A DNA stretch of 64,000 nucleotides, taken from NCBI RefSeq assembly GCF_009914755.1, contig NC_060933.1; one strand, 5' to 3'. Positions 61,240 to 64,000 of the stretch are shown one piece after another. Below the pieces are notes generated by a model. It saw nothing but the letters and a program-made list of their open reading frames with translations. It had not been told where the DNA came from and made no database searches. How positions within the stretch are numbered: the first letter of the stretch is position 1; each line of letters begins with the position of its first letter. The stretch comes from the human T2T-CHM13v2.0 reference genome, Homo sapiens. The translations under genes were made by a program, and so were the position numbers.

Positions 61240-62078
61240 ACCCAACCCTCTTGGCGTGGTATTCTGGCCCTTCAATGCGTGTCCCTGCCAGTTGAAATCT
61301 CACCACCCACCATGCCTGACACCAACTCTGCTCCATCCAGAGTCTGCCTGAGTCTCAGCTTTGTCCTCTTTGTTCCCTGGCTGGAATGTTGCATTTTTCT
61401 CTACTGACCTAATCTTATCTGTTAAAAGTCAGCTCAAGTCCTACCTCCTCCGTAAGTCCTCTTCTGAGTATTCTAGCCCATAGTGAATTGCCCATTCTTG
61501 ACTCATTGTTTGGAATTCTACCTTGACACTAGATTTTATCTTGCATTGTGACATCTCTTATATTGCTATATAGTGCTTCTAGTATTGATTTAATACACAC
61601 ATGTTTCTCTTCTCCCAAACTAAACTTAAAGACATTCAATGGCAGAATGCATTATCTAATATTCCGTATATACCAGTGATCCCCAAACTTTTTGGCATCA
61701 GAGACTGGTTTCGTGGAAGACAATTTTTCCATGGACCAGTGAGGTGGGATGGGATGGCTTCGGGATGAAACTGTTCCACCTCAGATCATCAGGTATTAGA
61801 TTCTCATAAGAAGCACGCAGCCTGGATTCCCTGCCTGGGCAGTTTACAATAGGGTTCCCACTCCTATGAGAATCTAATGCAGTGGCTGATCTTACAGGAG
61901 GCAGAGCTCAGGTGGTAATGCTTGCTGGTTCCCTGCTCACCTCCTGATCTGTGGCGTGGCTCCTAACAGGCCACCAACAGGTACCTGTCTGTGGCCCAGG
62001 GGTTGGGGACTCCTGATATAGGCCTTAGTAGAGTGTAGGGCACAGTACTCAGTAGATACCTGTTGAGTAAATGAACAT
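61240..62078 (+). mobile_element. L2 3' fragment split by MER1B
   Basis: tgttccctggctggaatgtt...cagctcaagtcctacctcctcc; after the MITE, ggcacagtactcagtagatacctgttgagtaaatgaa. Confidence 0.7.
61674..62015 (+). mobile_element. MER1B-like hAT-Charlie MITE
   Basis: TIRs cagtgatccccaaac...ggttggggactcctg; same internal sequence as 22433-22764. Confidence 0.92.
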
Positions 62079-62347
62079 AAGAATTTTGTTACTTGGGAGA
62101 GATTCAGGATAAAATTGTCTCTCTCTCTCTCTTTTTTTTTTTTGCATCCAGATTCAATATGGAGTGTGAAACCTCTTCCTGTGGCTACGAATTTGGGTAA
62201 CATTAATTTTTCTTTAAGACTATCCATGCATTCCTCCATCTACCAAATATTTACCTAAGAGTTTACTATTAACCACTACTTGGTGCCGAGAAACAGGTGA
62301 ATTTGCCAAGAGGTGGAGTTCTCTGGAAGTAATTTTTCCCCAAACTT

Positions 62348-62642
62348 CTTTTTTTTCTTTTGTTTTGAGGCAGTGTCACCCTTTTGCCCAGGCTAGAACG
62401 CAGTGGCGTGATGGGAATGCAACCTCTGCCTCCTGGGTTCAAGCGATTCTCCTGCCTCAGCCTCCCGCATAGCTGGAGATTACAGGCATGCACCACCATG
62501 CCCTGTTAATTTTTGTATTTTTAGTAGAGATGGGGTTTCACCATGCTGCCCAGGCTGGTCTTGAACTCTCAGCCTCAAGTAGTCTGCCTGCCTCGGCCTC
62601 CCAAAGTGCTGGAATTACAGACGTGAGCCACTACGCCTGGAC
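62348..62642 (-). mobile_element. Alu (older S/J-type)
   Basis: Complete dimer with a small deletion; degenerate TSD ccccaaacttct / cctcaaaattct. Confidence 0.93.
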
Positions 62643-62681
62643 TGCCCTCAAAATTCTGAAGGCATTGCCCAATTATTTCTA

Positions 62682-62761
62682 TTAGTTTGGCGCAAAAGTC
62701 ACTGTGGCTTTTACCACTAAAAGTAATGGTAAAAGCCACAGTGACTTTTGTACCAACCTAA
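62682..62761. mobile_element. MADE1 (Hsmar1-derived 80-bp palindromic MITE)
   Basis: 80 bp, ttagtttggcgcaaaagt...acttttgtaccaacctaa, flanked by TA on both sides. Confidence 0.95.
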
Positions 62762-62900
62762 TAACTTTCACTGTGACCGAAGTCAAATGCTATTTCTGGT
62801 TCTTGATATTTTATGTGAGTCCTCTTTTCTTCCTAATTGATCCTCAAAGTTTTGGGGATCCTCTATGTGTCGCTGGTATCAATGACTCTCTACCTTGGTG

Positions 62901-63004
62901 GTTTTTTTGTTGTTGTTTTCATTACGGTAAAATACAGATGAAATAATTTACCATCTTAACCAGTTTTAAGTGTACAGTTCAGTGGCATTAAGTACATTCA
63001 CACA
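62901..63004 (-). mobile_element. L1MB extreme 3' end fragment
   Basis: tttaccatcttaaccagttttaagtgtacagttcagtggcattaagtacattcaca, similar to 56140-56195. Confidence 0.8.
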
Positions 63005-63039
63005 GGTATGCTGTTAATTTTAAATTCACAGTTTTAAGC

Positions 63040-64000
63040 ACTTAGTGGGACCTTTCAAACTGGAGATGTATATTCTTATTTAATAATTTCATCCTCTATT
63101 TTCTCTCTTTTCTCTTTCTGGAATTTCTATTAAACAGATGTTTGATCTTCTGCACTACACATCTAACTTTATGTCCTTCCTATCATCTCTCTAATCATTT
63201 GTTCTACTTTCTGGGGTTTCTTTAACGTTTTCTTTCAGTTATTTACTGAGTGTTTTATTTCTATATTTTACTTCTCTGTTTTTCTTGCTTTGAATGTATT
63301 TTAAAAATAGCATCCCATTATTGTTTCATTGATGTAAAATGTTATATTATTCTCCAAGAACAGTAATCACATTTTTTGAAATTTTCTTATAGGCCCTTTC
63401 TTTCTTCCAAGTACCTTTTGCCTTTTTTTGTTTGTTTAGTTTGGGGTCTCTCATTTTAGAAAAGTTTTCCTTAACTATTAGCCATCCCTGGCTATCTCTT
63501 TTTGGCTAAGAATCTGTCACTACGAAGCTGAATGGATGATCTATGTACATTGGACAGGGATGGTTTGATTAGTTAGAAACCCAATAATTTTCTTGGCGAA
63601 TTGCTTGCAAATATCCGTGGGTTTTCTGTTAAGTCAGGATGTCAGCCATCTGAAAACCCAGCGGCATAGGAACAGAAGTGGGGATCTCACCGTTTACAAG
63701 GTAGGCTTTTATTTAATTACTGTGTTTTTTAGCACAGCATTCCACTATCTCCTTTGCCTCATGTGCTTAACTCTGGGAGCTCTCAGGTTCATATTCCCAG
63801 TAAACCTCTCACCTCCTCTAAGCATGATGTAGGGAAGGCATCAGGCACCACCCTCTTCTTATATAGATTTTCGACTAATCATTCCCCACCTCAATGTCTT
63901 CTAAGGATCCCAGTGCCCCTCATTTCTGAGACTTTCCATATTTTTGCAGCTTAATCAGCTTCTCTCCTCTTCAATCTTTCTCCCCTATGCTAAGTAGGTT
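63040..64000 (-). mobile_element. Old L1ME-type 5'/ORF1 region remnant
   Basis: T-rich degenerate motifs ctctttctggaatttctattaaacagatgtttgatcttctg; boundaries approximate. Confidence 0.55.

Overview
Primate (human-like) non-coding genomic DNA, AT-rich and mostly interspersed repeats: Alu/FLAM, MIR, L2, L1 of several ages, MaLR/ERV LTRs and DNA-transposon MITEs. I see no supportable host CDS, RNA gene or CpG-island promoter. The recognisable ORFs are decayed L1 ORF1/ORF2 fragments, Alu read-throughs or GC-rich LTR frames. Repeat subfamily names are from memory of consensus sequences and need RepeatMasker/Dfam confirmation. The interest lies in the insertion architecture, read from target-site duplications (TSDs). 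(1) A ~6.6-kb minus-strand composite, Alu + L1PA7-like + ~670 bp foreign flank + poly(A), sits inside one TSD pair (43784-50456). (2) It is nested in an L1 that has an intact 5' end and a 16-bp TSD but stops early in ORF2 with no tail (42538-52752). (3) A ~670-bp, ~96% identical inverted duplication has a multi-template-switch junction (38297-41311). (4) A full-length L1MA carries a ~79-bp 5' monomer array and three nested insertions, one a 49-bp orphan retro-insert. (5) A MADE1 hairpin has arms sharing five substitutions relative to the consensus as I recall it. I found no evidence for a new protein-coding system.
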